Shown here piece by piece: positions 1-8,995 of a DNA stretch of 22,232 bases. The stretch's first letter is position 1. Every line of letters begins with the position of its first letter. This DNA comes from Pseudomonadota bacterium (GTDB taxonomy: Bacteria > Bdellovibrionota_B > Oligoflexia > Oligoflexales > RGVZ01). The stretch covers positions 1 through 22,232 of the forward strand of contig JBEGVZ010000063.1 of NCBI GenBank assembly GCA_041178085.1, given 5' to 3'. Below the pieces are notes generated by a model. It was not told the origin of the DNA. It ran no database searches and worked only from the letters and a program-made list of their open reading frames with translations. The translations under genes and the position numbers were made by a program.

Positions 1-626
1 CTGAGCGCCTTCATCACGGCAAAGGCGGCAATACCCAGCGGGCTGACTGCAGACTCGGCTCCGCCAGCAAGCATGACGTCCGCCATGCCGTGCTTGATGT
101 ACATGAAAGCCTCGCCAACCCCGTGGGTGCCGCTAGTGCAGGCCGTGGTCGTGCAGATGTTCGGTCCCTTGAAGTTATACATGCGCGACACAACGCCAGC
201 TGCCATGTTGGCGATTGTGTAAGGAATAAAGAACGGCGAAATACGGCGCGGGCCCTTGTCCTTCAAAATGTAGGCATTTTCTTCGATGTCCCACAGGGCG
301 CCAAGGCCAACACCGATGGAAACGCCGTAGCGATCCCCGTCGACGTTTTCCCCGCAAGGGAGCCCAGAGTCCTTGATTGCCTGGTGCGCGGCTCCTGCCG
401 CAAACTTGACGAAACGGGTCGCGCGATTCGCTTCTTTCGCATCCATGGCCTCGCCGACTTCGAATCCGCGGACTTCGCCGGCGATCTGAACAGGCAAAGT
501 AGAAGGATCGAACAACTGGATCCGGTCGATGCCAGAACGCCCCTCAAGGGCGTTGATCCAGCAAGTCTTGATATCGTTCCCCGTCGGGGCAACCATCCCG
601 ACGCCAGTGACCACAACACGACGCAT
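1..626 (-). CDS. fabF: 3-oxoacyl-ACP synthase II (partial, runs off the left edge; missing from the ORF track)
   Basis: Manual translation from the ATG at 626 gives MRRVVVTGVGMVAPTGNDIKTCWINALEGRSGI...TTTTACTSGTHGVGEA...AGGAES...FAVMKALS. This has the KAS N-terminal motif and the catalytic Cys in TACTSG. SD-like GAGAGG lies upstream. Confidence 0.95.
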   Translation of the reverse strand, partial: MRRVVVTGVGMVAPTGNDIKTCWINALEGRSGIDRIQLFDPSTLPVQIAGEVRGFEVGEAMDAKEANRATRFVKFAAGAAHQAIKDSGLPCGENVDGDRYGVSIGVGLGALWDIEENAYILKDKGPRRISPFFIPYTIANMAAGVVSRMYNFKGPNICTTTACTSGTHGVGEAFMYIKHGMADVMLAGGAESAVSPLGIAAFAVMKAL

Positions 627-879
627 CAGAAGCACCTCTCACCCGATAGTGACAGCGACAAACCACCCTGATCCGATCAGACCTTGCGAAAATACAGGAA
701 ATTTTGCCCGTTACCTAGCATAAATGCCCTAGCCAGCCGGCCAAATTTTGACTTGAGCGCGGCCTGCAAATGCCACCATCAATCGGGAACTTTTGGCAAT
801 TATTCCGCTTTGTTGAAATCGCCCAAGTCGACTTGTCACGGTGTGCCAGAATAAGATGAAGGTAACCTTGGAACCTAAC

Positions 880-1683
880 ATGAACCCTGTGACAATCTTT
901 GTCGGCCACGGCTCGCCCATGAACGCCTTGCCAACCCACGAACCGGGGCGGCAGTGGCAATCTTCGTTGCGACACCTCGGTGATCAAATCCTGCCGGGCA
1001 AACGCGCGATTCTCGCCATCAGTGCCCATTGGCAAACCAGAGGTACAGAAATCTTCGCGTCTGCTGAACCGCACATGATCCACGACTTCATTGGTTTTCC
1101 GAAGGAGCTTCATGCCTTCAACTATCCTGTGCCCGGAGCGACCACCGAGGGCCACGAACTCGCGGACAAGTTGAACGGGATGGGCCACGATGTCCGCTTC
1201 CATGACCAGTGGGGCTACGATCATGGCGTGTGGTCAGTCCTTGCGCACCTTGCACCCCAGGGGAACATCCCGGTTTTCATGCTGAGCCTCGATCGCAAGA
1301 AGACCCTCGAAGAACACCTCAAGCTGGCATGTGACATCGGAACATGCCTGCCGCAGGACGTACTGACCGTCGCTTCCGGAAACATCGTACACTCGCTCGC
1401 CATGATGGCCGACGACCCGGGAACACCCCCGCCGCAGTGGGCTATGGATTTTGACGAGCGCGTAGCGCGCGCGCTGGTCAATCATGACTGGGACGCGATC
1501 ACAGGAATTTCACGAGAAGCCGGCACGCCTGACAAACTGTCCGTGCCGACGCTCGATCATTTCATCCCGCTGGTTTATGCAATGGGCATCGCTGGTCAAA
1601 AAGCTGCTGTGTCTTTTCCCTACCAGGGATTTGATCACGCAACGGTTTCGATGCGCTGCGCATTATTTCTTGGACGGCGGTAA
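880..1683 (+). CDS. ygiD: DODA-type (LigB-family) extradiol ring-cleavage dioxygenase
   Basis: Motifs FVGHGSPMNAL, ISAHW, HDFIGFP, DHGVW, SGNIVH, PTLDHFIPL and SMRC. Start placed at ATG 880; 856 is an alternative. Confidence 0.88.
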   Translation: MNPVTIFVGHGSPMNALPTHEPGRQWQSSLRHLGDQILPGKRAILAISAHWQTRGTEIFASAEPHMIHDFIGFPKELHAFNYPVPGATTEGHELADKLNGMGHDVRFHDQWGYDHGVWSVLAHLAPQGNIPVFMLSLDRKKTLEEHLKLACDIGTCLPQDVLTVASGNIVHSLAMMADDPGTPPPQWAMDFDERVARALVNHDWDAITGISREAGTPDKLSVPTLDHFIPLVYAMGIAGQKAAVSFPYQGFDHATVSMRCALFLGRR

Positions 1684-1692
1684 GCCGATTGC

Positions 1693-2886
1693 TCAGGAAC
1701 GCAAGCGTTCCCGGGCACGCCATGGCAAGTTGGCCCGCTCCAACACCGGTTCCGACGGAGGCAGACGGTTTTTCTGGTAAACGAGGAAACTGCCCGCTGC
1801 CAGAAGGATTAAGTTTGGCAGCCATGCGGCCACAAAAGGATCCAGAAATCCACGCTCCGCGAGCCACTTGAACCCCATCATGAACACGTATCCGAGAATG
1901 ATCGTGCTGATGCCACCAATGTAGGCGCGGTTGCGCTGGCTGCGCGGATCGACAACGCCTAAAACCAGACCAAAAGCACCGAACACAAAAACCGCAAAGG
2001 GTGCGCTGATCCGATTGTGATAAAGAAAACGTGCGCGGCGGTAGAGGCCATCATCGCGTGGTTTTTGGTCTGAGATCTTGTCAATGTATGCAGAAAGCTC
2101 GGAAGGTCCCAGGCTCCGGTAATCTTCCTCGCCCACGTCCGCGGCGACCAGCTGTTCACGGAAAAGGCGCAACAAATCAAATTCGGCACGCCGGAATTTG
2201 ACCACGGATCCACCCATCTGCTCTGGCGACAACGAGTACGCCGTGCCGTATTCAAGCGACAACTTCAAATCCCCGGAATCAGCCTTGCCCGTAATGCTGC
2301 CGGCGGGTGCCAGAATCGTGAACGACTGCTTTGACCCCGAGGGGGGTGCCAGCATCACATTGCCCAGCTTTGTGCGATCGTCACTGATCTCCTTGGCGTA
2401 GAAAACGTAGCCAAGGAAGTTGTCCATGAACACTCCTGGCTGCATCTTGAAACGCACCATGTTGTCCACTTCGTTCTTGGTCTTGTCATAGATGAATCGC
2501 ACCAGTTCCCGCCGGCCCCACGGTTCAAGATGTGTCGTGGCGATCACGCCGACGAAGTAGAGCACACCGGCTACCAAGGCCACCGGCACCAGTGCACGAC
2601 GCAGCGAATAACCACAGGCCAGAAGACCCGCATATTCACCGTCAGAGCTGAACCGCCCAAATGCGAGCATCACGGCAAACAGGAAAGCGATCGGGATGTT
2701 GAACGAAATGAATGGCAGGACGATGTAGAGCAACGGAAGGAAGATGTTTTCAAGTGAAACACCAAAAGCAACCAGAAGCTCCGTCAATCTGGCGAGTTGG
2801 CTGATGATCAGGACAGAAGCAAGGATCACCAGAGACGAAAGAAACTGGGGGATCACTTCCCGCAAAATGTAGAAGAAAAGGATCAT
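1693..2886 (-). CDS. lptF: LptF/LptG-family LPS export ABC transporter permease (LptF-like)
   Basis: Starts ILFFYILREVIPQF, has three TM segments with FGRFSSDGEY..L.ACG.S, a periplasmic domain beginning QPGVF, then three TM segments ending AAWLPNLIL. Confidence 0.85.
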   Translation of the reverse strand: MILFFYILREVIPQFLSSLVILASVLIISQLARLTELLVAFGVSLENIFLPLLYIVLPFISFNIPIAFLFAVMLAFGRFSSDGEYAGLLACGYSLRRALVPVALVAGVLYFVGVIATTHLEPWGRRELVRFIYDKTKNEVDNMVRFKMQPGVFMDNFLGYVFYAKEISDDRTKLGNVMLAPPSGSKQSFTILAPAGSITGKADSGDLKLSLEYGTAYSLSPEQMGGSVVKFRRAEFDLLRLFREQLVAADVGEEDYRSLGPSELSAYIDKISDQKPRDDGLYRRARFLYHNRISAPFAVFVFGAFGLVLGVVDPRSQRNRAYIGGISTIILGYVFMMGFKWLAERGFLDPFVAAWLPNLILLAAGSFLVYQKNRLPPSEPVLERANLPWRARERLRS

Positions 2887-3004
2887 GATTCCAGTCTATG
2901 CCCCGGACTCTGCAAGTGTCCATCAAAATGGGGTATGATATCGAGAGGTTCTACCCAAACAGAATAAGAACATAAACCGTCCGTTGCGGACACAGGGAAC
3001 ATCA

Positions 3005-4255
3005 ATGAGATGGTTCTTCGTGGCAGTCTCGCTCGTGTTGGGCATCCTTTCAGGAAAATTCAGCACGGCTCAGGCCGCCATGCAATCTGCAGGCGGGCGT
3101 CCAGTTCTACCACTGAAATTGCCAGCTCCACGCCAGGATGGCAAAGTGATGATCAACGTGCCAGGAACCGGTGAACGTGAGACCACGATCAACGGCGAAC
3201 TGCAAACGATCCTGAGCGCCTTCATCGCCGAACGCGGATCGCCGATCGCCACTGTCATTGTCGCCGATGCAAAAACAGGCGATATCCTTGCCATGGTTGA
3301 AGGTCGGTCCCCCGCATCCTGGGGTGGGACCACGCATACCGCCCTGCATCCCAAGTTCCCCGCTGCCTCCCTGTTCAAGACCGTGGTATCGACTGCTGCA
3401 TTTGAGGTTGCCGACTTCGACGCGGAGCGCCAGCTGGGACTTGCTGGCGGATGCGGCAACGTCGAGCCGAGCGGTTTGTGGATGAACGACCACATCATCG
3501 GGCACAACTACATGACGCTCCGTCGTGCTTACGGGCATTCCTGCAACAGCTTCTTCGCCAAGATGGCCGTGAACACCCTTGGCATCGGAATCATCAATGA
3601 TTTCGCCCGTCGCTTCGGATTCGGTCAACAACCCCTGGCCGATTTTGAAGTCGAGGCCGGCAGCCTGATGCCGCCCTCGCCTACCATGTCCAGCACCTAC
3701 ACCATCGGACGATACGCCGCTGGATTCGGCCTCGTCAGCACAAGTGCCGTTCAAGTCGCGACCCAGATGCTTGCCATTGCCAACGACGGCAAACGCGTCC
3801 CATTGCGCCTTTTCCGCGACACGCCGCTAGCTGAACCCGCAGCCGACGACTTGATGATGGCTCCCGAAACAGCGCAGCGCATCCGGCAAATGATGGAAGC
3901 AACGGTGCGCGGAGGCACGGCTTCGTTTGCCTTTGCCCGCGGGCGTCCACGTCGCCTCCGGGAAATCACAGGCGGCAAGACGGGAACCCTTATGGGACGC
4001 GCACCCGCAGGATTGACCACCTTATTTTCCGGAATGATGCCCCTGCAAAAACCGGAAGTCGTCGTCGCATCGATTGTGATCCTTGAGGATCACTGGATCA
4101 TCAAGGCACCGTCCCTTGCCGCTGAAGCGCTTTCCACCTGGGTGGACCTCAAAGACCGCAACGGGGTGATGACCACAGCGGGCGAACTGATCCGCAATCG
4201 GTCCTACCGTCAGAAGTCAGGACGCTCAAGCAGGCAGGGGGCAAGCAAGTCATGA
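3005..4255 (+). CDS. Penicillin-binding protein, transpeptidase domain only, with N-terminal signal/anchor
   Basis: SxxK (ASLFK), SxN (HSCN) and KTG (GGKTGT) motifs, plus DAKTGDILAM. Hydrophobic N-terminus ends in AQA. Confidence 0.88.
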   Translation: MRWFFVAVSLVLGILSGKFSTAQAAMQSAGGRPVLPLKLPAPRQDGKVMINVPGTGERETTINGELQTILSAFIAERGSPIATVIVADAKTGDILAMVEGRSPASWGGTTHTALHPKFPAASLFKTVVSTAAFEVADFDAERQLGLAGGCGNVEPSGLWMNDHIIGHNYMTLRRAYGHSCNSFFAKMAVNTLGIGIINDFARRFGFGQQPLADFEVEAGSLMPPSPTMSSTYTIGRYAAGFGLVSTSAVQVATQMLAIANDGKRVPLRLFRDTPLAEPAADDLMMAPETAQRIRQMMEATVRGGTASFAFARGRPRRLREITGGKTGTLMGRAPAGLTTLFSGMMPLQKPEVVVASIVILEDHWIIKAPSLAAEALSTWVDLKDRNGVMTTAGELIRNRSYRQKSGRSSRQGASKS

Positions 4256-6057
4256 ACAGGGGAAACCGGAACCAGCAGGTTGCCTGGCTGGTCATGCTTT
4301 GTGCGGGTAGCTCTCTTGCACTTGCAGCCAACGCGCCGGGAAAGCAAGGCGGGAAAGGCATTGCCCGCCCAAAACCAGCGCCTGCCTCCCAGGTGATTCC
4401 GCCAGCAGGCAACGTGGCCAGGATGTTCGGCGCTGCGATGCAGCTTTTCGATGCAGGAAAGTATCAGGATGCACTGATCGCATTCGACAGGATCCTCAAA
4501 CGCTATCCTGGGTTTGAACCGAACAAAAAAATGATCGCTCGTACGCTTTATAAACTGGAGCGATTTCCGGAGGCGTGGACCTTCTACGCAAAGATTTCCC
4601 CAAACCAGCTAGAACCTGAATCCGCTTACGAATACGGCTTCGTTGCCTTCAACGCCAGACAATATGAGCTCTGCCTGGCGGCGATGAAACGCGTGCCTGA
4701 TGGACATGGATTGCATGACCTTGCCAACTACTACGGTGGCCTCTCTGCCCTGAAACTGAAGCGATTTGCCGAATCAGAAGCCATGTTTGAACAGGCTCAG
4801 GTGCTTCCCGACCGGTTGGCACGAAGCCGTACGCTCTACCTGAAGCACGTCCAGCAACTGCAAACCCTGCAGGAGCAAAGCGAACTGAATCGCGAGCGTG
4901 AGTCGGAAAAATCCCGCATCCTGCGCAACGCTGGAGGTCCAGGACTGCCGCCTGGATCCCGCACCAATGTGAACACCCAGCCCCCCGCGACGCAGACTCC
5001 GGCTGGAATGCCACCTGCTGGTGCCCAGCCCCCGGCAGCACCTGCCGCGTACGAGCACAAGGGATTCACCGGCATCAAGAAAATAGTGACCATCAAGGGC
5101 GAACAGCGGGATCAGCTGTCAGACAACCACGGGTTCAATTCGTCCAACTCACAAATCAGCATCGGTTCCTTCAAATTCCAGCAGGGCGCATTCCTGCCGT
5201 TTGGCGGCGGGTCCGAACCAGTCAAGGATGGCGGAAAGAATATCCGCAAGAACGCTTTTTCCCTGCAGCTGCTGTTCGGCGGCGAGGATAGAAGCGCAAA
5301 AGGCAAGGAACGGCGGATCGTCATTGTCGAGGACGACCAGGACCTTGTCCGCATCCTGCAAACCGACCCGGTGAAATCCCACAAGCAATTCGCTTACGTC
5401 GGAGCAGACCCCTCGTTTGAGTTTGCGCTGCCCGGCGACTTTTGGTTGCAAACCGGTGCCAGCAGTTACTTCGAATATCCGGACTTCAAGCGCCTTGGCC
5501 GGACCGGCGTCGTCAAGGGACTCGCAGGGCTTGGAGCCAAACGAGGCAAGTCCTCGTTCCAGCTGCTTGGCTCTGCCGGCGTGTTGCTGGACACAGACAA
5601 CAAGACCACAACCGAAACCAAGGACGGCACGGCACGCTTCAACCAGGAACTCTCTGCGTCAGCTGGCCTTGAGTTTGAGGCCGCCATCAAAGACTTCCGC
5701 TACAAGGACGAGTCCCTCGACGGGCCAGACCAGTCATTGAGCATTTCTGGGCTTTTCAATTACCAGCTTGGCCTTGGCTTCAGTGCAAGTATCTTCGGCG
5801 CGTACGAAAGGCAAAAAAACGCAATCTTCCATAACATGCCAACTTACGGTTCGCTGTCAGCCGATGGAGACGTACTGACTTATGAAGCCAACTTGAGCGC
5901 AAAACCAGCCAGCTGGATCGGGATTTCGGCGACCCAGACGGTGTCAAAAACGACCTGGAACATCCATCAGGATTTCGCCGAGGAAATTTTCAAGACCAAC
6001 GTCCCGGACTACCTGTCTTTGTTCAAGGCAAGCCTTGCCATTTATTTCCCGTTTTGA
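4252..6057 (+). CDS. Exported TPR-repeat protein with Pro/Ala linker and probable C-terminal outer-membrane beta-barrel
   Basis: Signal peptide (..SSLALA), TPR-like repeats (AMQLFDAGKYQDALIAFDRILKRYP; AYEYGFVAFNARQYE; ANYYGGLSALKLKRFAES), a PAG-rich linker, then amphipathic strands ending KASLAIYFPF. ATGA overlap with the PBP gene. Confidence 0.75.
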   Translation: MNRGNRNQQVAWLVMLCAGSSLALAANAPGKQGGKGIARPKPAPASQVIPPAGNVARMFGAAMQLFDAGKYQDALIAFDRILKRYPGFEPNKKMIARTLYKLERFPEAWTFYAKISPNQLEPESAYEYGFVAFNARQYELCLAAMKRVPDGHGLHDLANYYGGLSALKLKRFAESEAMFEQAQVLPDRLARSRTLYLKHVQQLQTLQEQSELNRERESEKSRILRNAGGPGLPPGSRTNVNTQPPATQTPAGMPPAGAQPPAAPAAYEHKGFTGIKKIVTIKGEQRDQLSDNHGFNSSNSQISIGSFKFQQGAFLPFGGGSEPVKDGGKNIRKNAFSLQLLFGGEDRSAKGKERRIVIVEDDQDLVRILQTDPVKSHKQFAYVGADPSFEFALPGDFWLQTGASSYFEYPDFKRLGRTGVVKGLAGLGAKRGKSSFQLLGSAGVLLDTDNKTTTETKDGTARFNQELSASAGLEFEAAIKDFRYKDESLDGPDQSLSISGLFNYQLGLGFSASIFGAYERQKNAIFHNMPTYGSLSADGDVLTYEANLSAKPASWIGISATQTVSKTTWNIHQDFAEEIFKTNVPDYLSLFKASLAIYFPF

Positions 6058-6067
6058 AGAGGACACC

Positions 6068-6370
6068 ATGAAAATCTCGTTTCCCAAACAGGAACCCAAA
6101 AAAATCGTCGCTGCAATCAAGAAAGCAATGGGCGACCGCGCGCTCGCCGAGATGGTTGACTTCGCTGTCGACAAGACAAGCATGATCATCACGATATCCA
6201 AGATGGGCACATCGACTTTGACGTTCGACAAACAAGAAAATGGTGATCGCTTGCTGTTCACCATGACTGGCGAGAAGATTGCGTTCACCCACCGCGCCTT
6301 CAAGGGCGAAGTGACCGAAGCTCTGGTGAAAATTGTGACCAAGGCAGGCGGAACCGTCGAGGAAGCATGA
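6068..6370 (+). CDS. Hypothetical protein, 100 aa, Lys-rich alpha/beta
   Basis: SD GAGGA before ATG 6068, natural composition, ATGA overlap with nnr. Confidence 0.8.
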   Translation: MKISFPKQEPKKIVAAIKKAMGDRALAEMVDFAVDKTSMIITISKMGTSTLTFDKQENGDRLLFTMTGEKIAFTHRAFKGEVTEALVKIVTKAGGTVEEA

Positions 6371-7971
6371 ATCAAACAGGGCCCAAGCCCACTGCGCCTT
6401 GCCCGGCCGATCCGGTGTGGACGGGGGACTGCGCACGCCTCGTGGACCAGTTGAGCATCGAGCAGTACAAGATCCCCCAAGAACGACTCATGGACCATGC
6501 AGGGAAGGCAGTCGCTGCAGAGGCGCAAGGCCACGGCAGGGTCTTTCTTGTCCTTGCCGGTCCGGGCAACAACGGGGGCGATGCGCTTGTCGCGGCACAG
6601 GAATTGTCGCGCGACGCGCTCAACCGCGTGCACGTGATCAGGGTGCCAAAGCAAGACGGCAACTTTGCTCCTTCGTTGCCAGACCGTTTTGACTGCGTCA
6701 TTGACGGGGTTCTTGGGCTGGGCTTCAAAGGCAAGCTGGCATCCGACAGTCCTGCGGCGAAGGTCCTGACCCTCACCGCAGCAGAGATCCGTCGTCAGGA
6801 GGAAACGCTTGCCCCACACAAGGTCACGGTGGTGGCGGTTGACCTGCCCTCGGGCCTTGCCTGCGATGATGCCGCGACGGCGTCTGCAATGCTCCCGGCC
6901 GGGCGAACTGTTACCTTCGGTGGCATCAAGGCCGTGCATGCGATTGCCCCTGCACGGGACCTGTGCGGAAAAACTGTTTGTGCACAGATCGGCTTTTCGT
7001 CTGCTGCTGTGTATGAGGCCCTGAAGACACATCCGCCTGCGCACGCCATTGTCCGTAACGAAGCGCTGCTGGCACAGAATCCGTGGCAGGACCTTCCAGG
7101 CAGCGCTCACAAATTTGATCGCGGCCACGTCCTGATCCTTGGGGGAAGCGCCGGCAAGACCGGAGCTCCGGTGCTATCCGCCATGGCTGCCCTTCGCAGC
7201 GGTGCTGGCTGGGCCACAGTTTCGATCCCGCCTGGTGCAGGCGTCACCACGCTGATACCGCCGGACCTGACTGCAGAAAACTTGTGGATGACGGGCAGGC
7301 ACGGCCATTCCATAGATTCACGGAAACTGGAGAAGTTCCTTTCGACGCGCAACGTAAAATCCGTCGTGGCTGGCCCGGGCACAATGAACACGCCGCTCAC
7401 TGCGAAAAACATCGGGCTTTTGTGTGAGTTTGCCGCGCATGGATGTCTGGTAATTGACGCGGGAGCGCTTCAGGGAATCGAAGAACTTTTGACCCGTGTA
7501 GCGCGTCCAGCGAAGACCTCACGGATCATTCTAACCCCGCACCCTGGTGAGTGGCGAAGGCTCAACCTGGGTAAACATGGACCTGAAAACTGGCCTGCAC
7601 CCTTGAATGTTGAAGGCGTAAAAAAACTGCGCGCGGTTTGTGAACGCCTCGGCATTCATGTCCTGTACAAACACGCCACACCCGTGCTCTGCGGTCCGGA
7701 AGGATTCACCATCGATGCCGAAGCGGCCGGTCAGCTGACCACAGGCAGTCTGGTTTTCAACCGCGGCAGCAATGCCATGGGGCGGGCTGGCACAGGCGAT
7801 GTGCTTGCCGGCAGCATCGCCGCTCACGGCGCTGTGGGCTGCACCGCTGGTTTTGCCACCATGCGAGCGCTCAGCCTGGTTGCGAAAGCCTCAGAACTGG
7901 CAGCCGCAAAGGTTGGAAAACATGCCGTCCTGCCAACCGACATCATCCTTGAGCTTGGTCGCGCAGGGTAA
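6367..7971 (+). CDS. nnr: Bifunctional NAD(P)H-hydrate epimerase/dehydratase (YjeF)
   Basis: Epimerase motifs LMDHAG, GPGNNGGD, AVDLPSG and TVTF. Dehydratase motifs HKFDRG..LILGGS..KTGA, LTPHPGE and AGTGDVLAG. Confidence 0.92.
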   Translation: MNQTGPKPTAPCPADPVWTGDCARLVDQLSIEQYKIPQERLMDHAGKAVAAEAQGHGRVFLVLAGPGNNGGDALVAAQELSRDALNRVHVIRVPKQDGNFAPSLPDRFDCVIDGVLGLGFKGKLASDSPAAKVLTLTAAEIRRQEETLAPHKVTVVAVDLPSGLACDDAATASAMLPAGRTVTFGGIKAVHAIAPARDLCGKTVCAQIGFSSAAVYEALKTHPPAHAIVRNEALLAQNPWQDLPGSAHKFDRGHVLILGGSAGKTGAPVLSAMAALRSGAGWATVSIPPGAGVTTLIPPDLTAENLWMTGRHGHSIDSRKLEKFLSTRNVKSVVAGPGTMNTPLTAKNIGLLCEFAAHGCLVIDAGALQGIEELLTRVARPAKTSRIILTPHPGEWRRLNLGKHGPENWPAPLNVEGVKKLRAVCERLGIHVLYKHATPVLCGPEGFTIDAEAAGQLTTGSLVFNRGSNAMGRAGTGDVLAGSIAAHGAVGCTAGFATMRALSLVAKASELAAAKVGKHAVLPTDIILELGRAG

Positions 7972-8395
7972 ATGCCCGCACGCAGCCATGATCCCGTAAA
8001 TACATGGCGGCACTCCATGCCTGGCTGGAATCCCGGCCAAACACCAATAACGTAGCGTTGCGCCACGCCGGCAAATGGTCGCTCAAATCAATTTCCTGCA
8101 GGCATACTGCACCGGGAACCGGCGCCAGCGCACGTTCATCGGCGTGACGGACATCCACCAGGATTGCATCACCAGGAACATCGCCCGGTGCGACTTCAAC
8201 AGGAACTTCCTGCAACGCATCCAAACGCGCCAGTATCCTGGTCACCTCCTGCGGATCAAGGTCAGCGGCCACAGCAAGATCGCCAATGGAAGAAGGTAGA
8301 TCCTTTCCAGACTGCCTCAGCAAGGTGGGAGGCAAAAGGAATACCTCCCGCAAAACCACTTCCCAATATTTCATGTTTCTTAAAAAAGCTGTCAT
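7943..8395 (-). CDS. Rhodanese-like domain protein, probably catalytically inactive
   Basis: ILVDVRHADE...VPGA...LLVFGRDSSQAWSAAMYLRDHG matches the rhodanese pattern. Start is 8395 or 8374. Confidence 0.65.
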   Translation of the reverse strand: MTAFLRNMKYWEVVLREVFLLPPTLLRQSGKDLPSSIGDLAVAADLDPQEVTRILARLDALQEVPVEVAPGDVPGDAILVDVRHADERALAPVPGAVCLQEIDLSDHLPAWRNATLLVFGRDSSQAWSAAMYLRDHGCVRAFTLRDQAQG

Positions 8396-8470
8396 GATGA
8401 GAAACCAATAACACGAAAAGGGAGATTCCAGCCAATGCCCGGTTCACCAGCAAACGAACACCAAGGGATC

Positions 8471-8995
8471 ATGGCCGGCAGCCAGGTCATGGACTGGAAA
8501 GGAAATCGTCCGGAACTTGGCAAGGATGTCTTCATTGCCAGCGGCGCCCGGGTCATCGGGGATGTCGTGCTTGGGGTGGGGACAAATGTTTGGTTCAACG
8601 TCGTGATCCGCGGGGATGTCAATTCGATCCGCGTCGGTTTCAGGACCAACATCCAGGACAATGCAGTAGTCCACGTAACCCGCGGGACTGGCCCGACCAA
8701 TATTGGCAGCGACGTAACCATCGGCCATTCGGCTATCATTCACGCATGCACCGTCGAAGACAACTGTTTGATCGGCATGGGTGCCGTGATCCTTGACGGC
8801 GCGCGGATCCGAAAAAATTCCCTGGTTGCGGCCGGCTCTGTGGTCACACCTGGAAAGGATTTTCCCGCTGGTTCCATGATCATGGGATCGCCAGCGAAAG
8901 CTGTGAGGGAACTGACTGCGCAGGAAATTGCCGGTCTGCAGGATTCCGCAGACCATTATGTAGAACTTGCCCGGACTTATTTCTCGCGGGGATAG
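8471..8995 (+). CDS. Gamma carbonic anhydrase family (YrdA/CaiE/PaaY-like) hexapeptide-repeat protein
   Basis: VIGDV, VWFNVVIRGDVN, TNIQDNAVVH, TIGHSAIIHAC (three Zn-binding His) and GSPAK. Start uncertain (8435, 8471 or 8489). Confidence 0.92.
   Translation: MAGSQVMDWKGNRPELGKDVFIASGARVIGDVVLGVGTNVWFNVVIRGDVNSIRVGFRTNIQDNAVVHVTRGTGPTNIGSDVTIGHSAIIHACTVEDNCLIGMGAVILDGARIRKNSLVAAGSVVTPGKDFPAGSMIMGSPAKAVRELTAQEIAGLQDSADHYVELARTYFSRG

Noticed and set aside
90..671. 193 aa plus-strand ORF
   Set aside because: Antisense shadow of fabF.
794..809. TGGCAATTATTCCGCT as a sigma54 promoter for ygiD
   Set aside because: GG-N10-GC spacing is right, but the -12 element is CCGC rather than TTGC; too weak to call.
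4930..5050. Pro/Ala/Gly-rich quasi-repeats
   Set aside because: A low-complexity protein linker within the TPR-barrel gene, not a DNA repeat element.
5944..7128. 394 aa minus-strand ORF
   Set aside because: Shadow of nnr and the 6068 gene, with no recognisable motifs.
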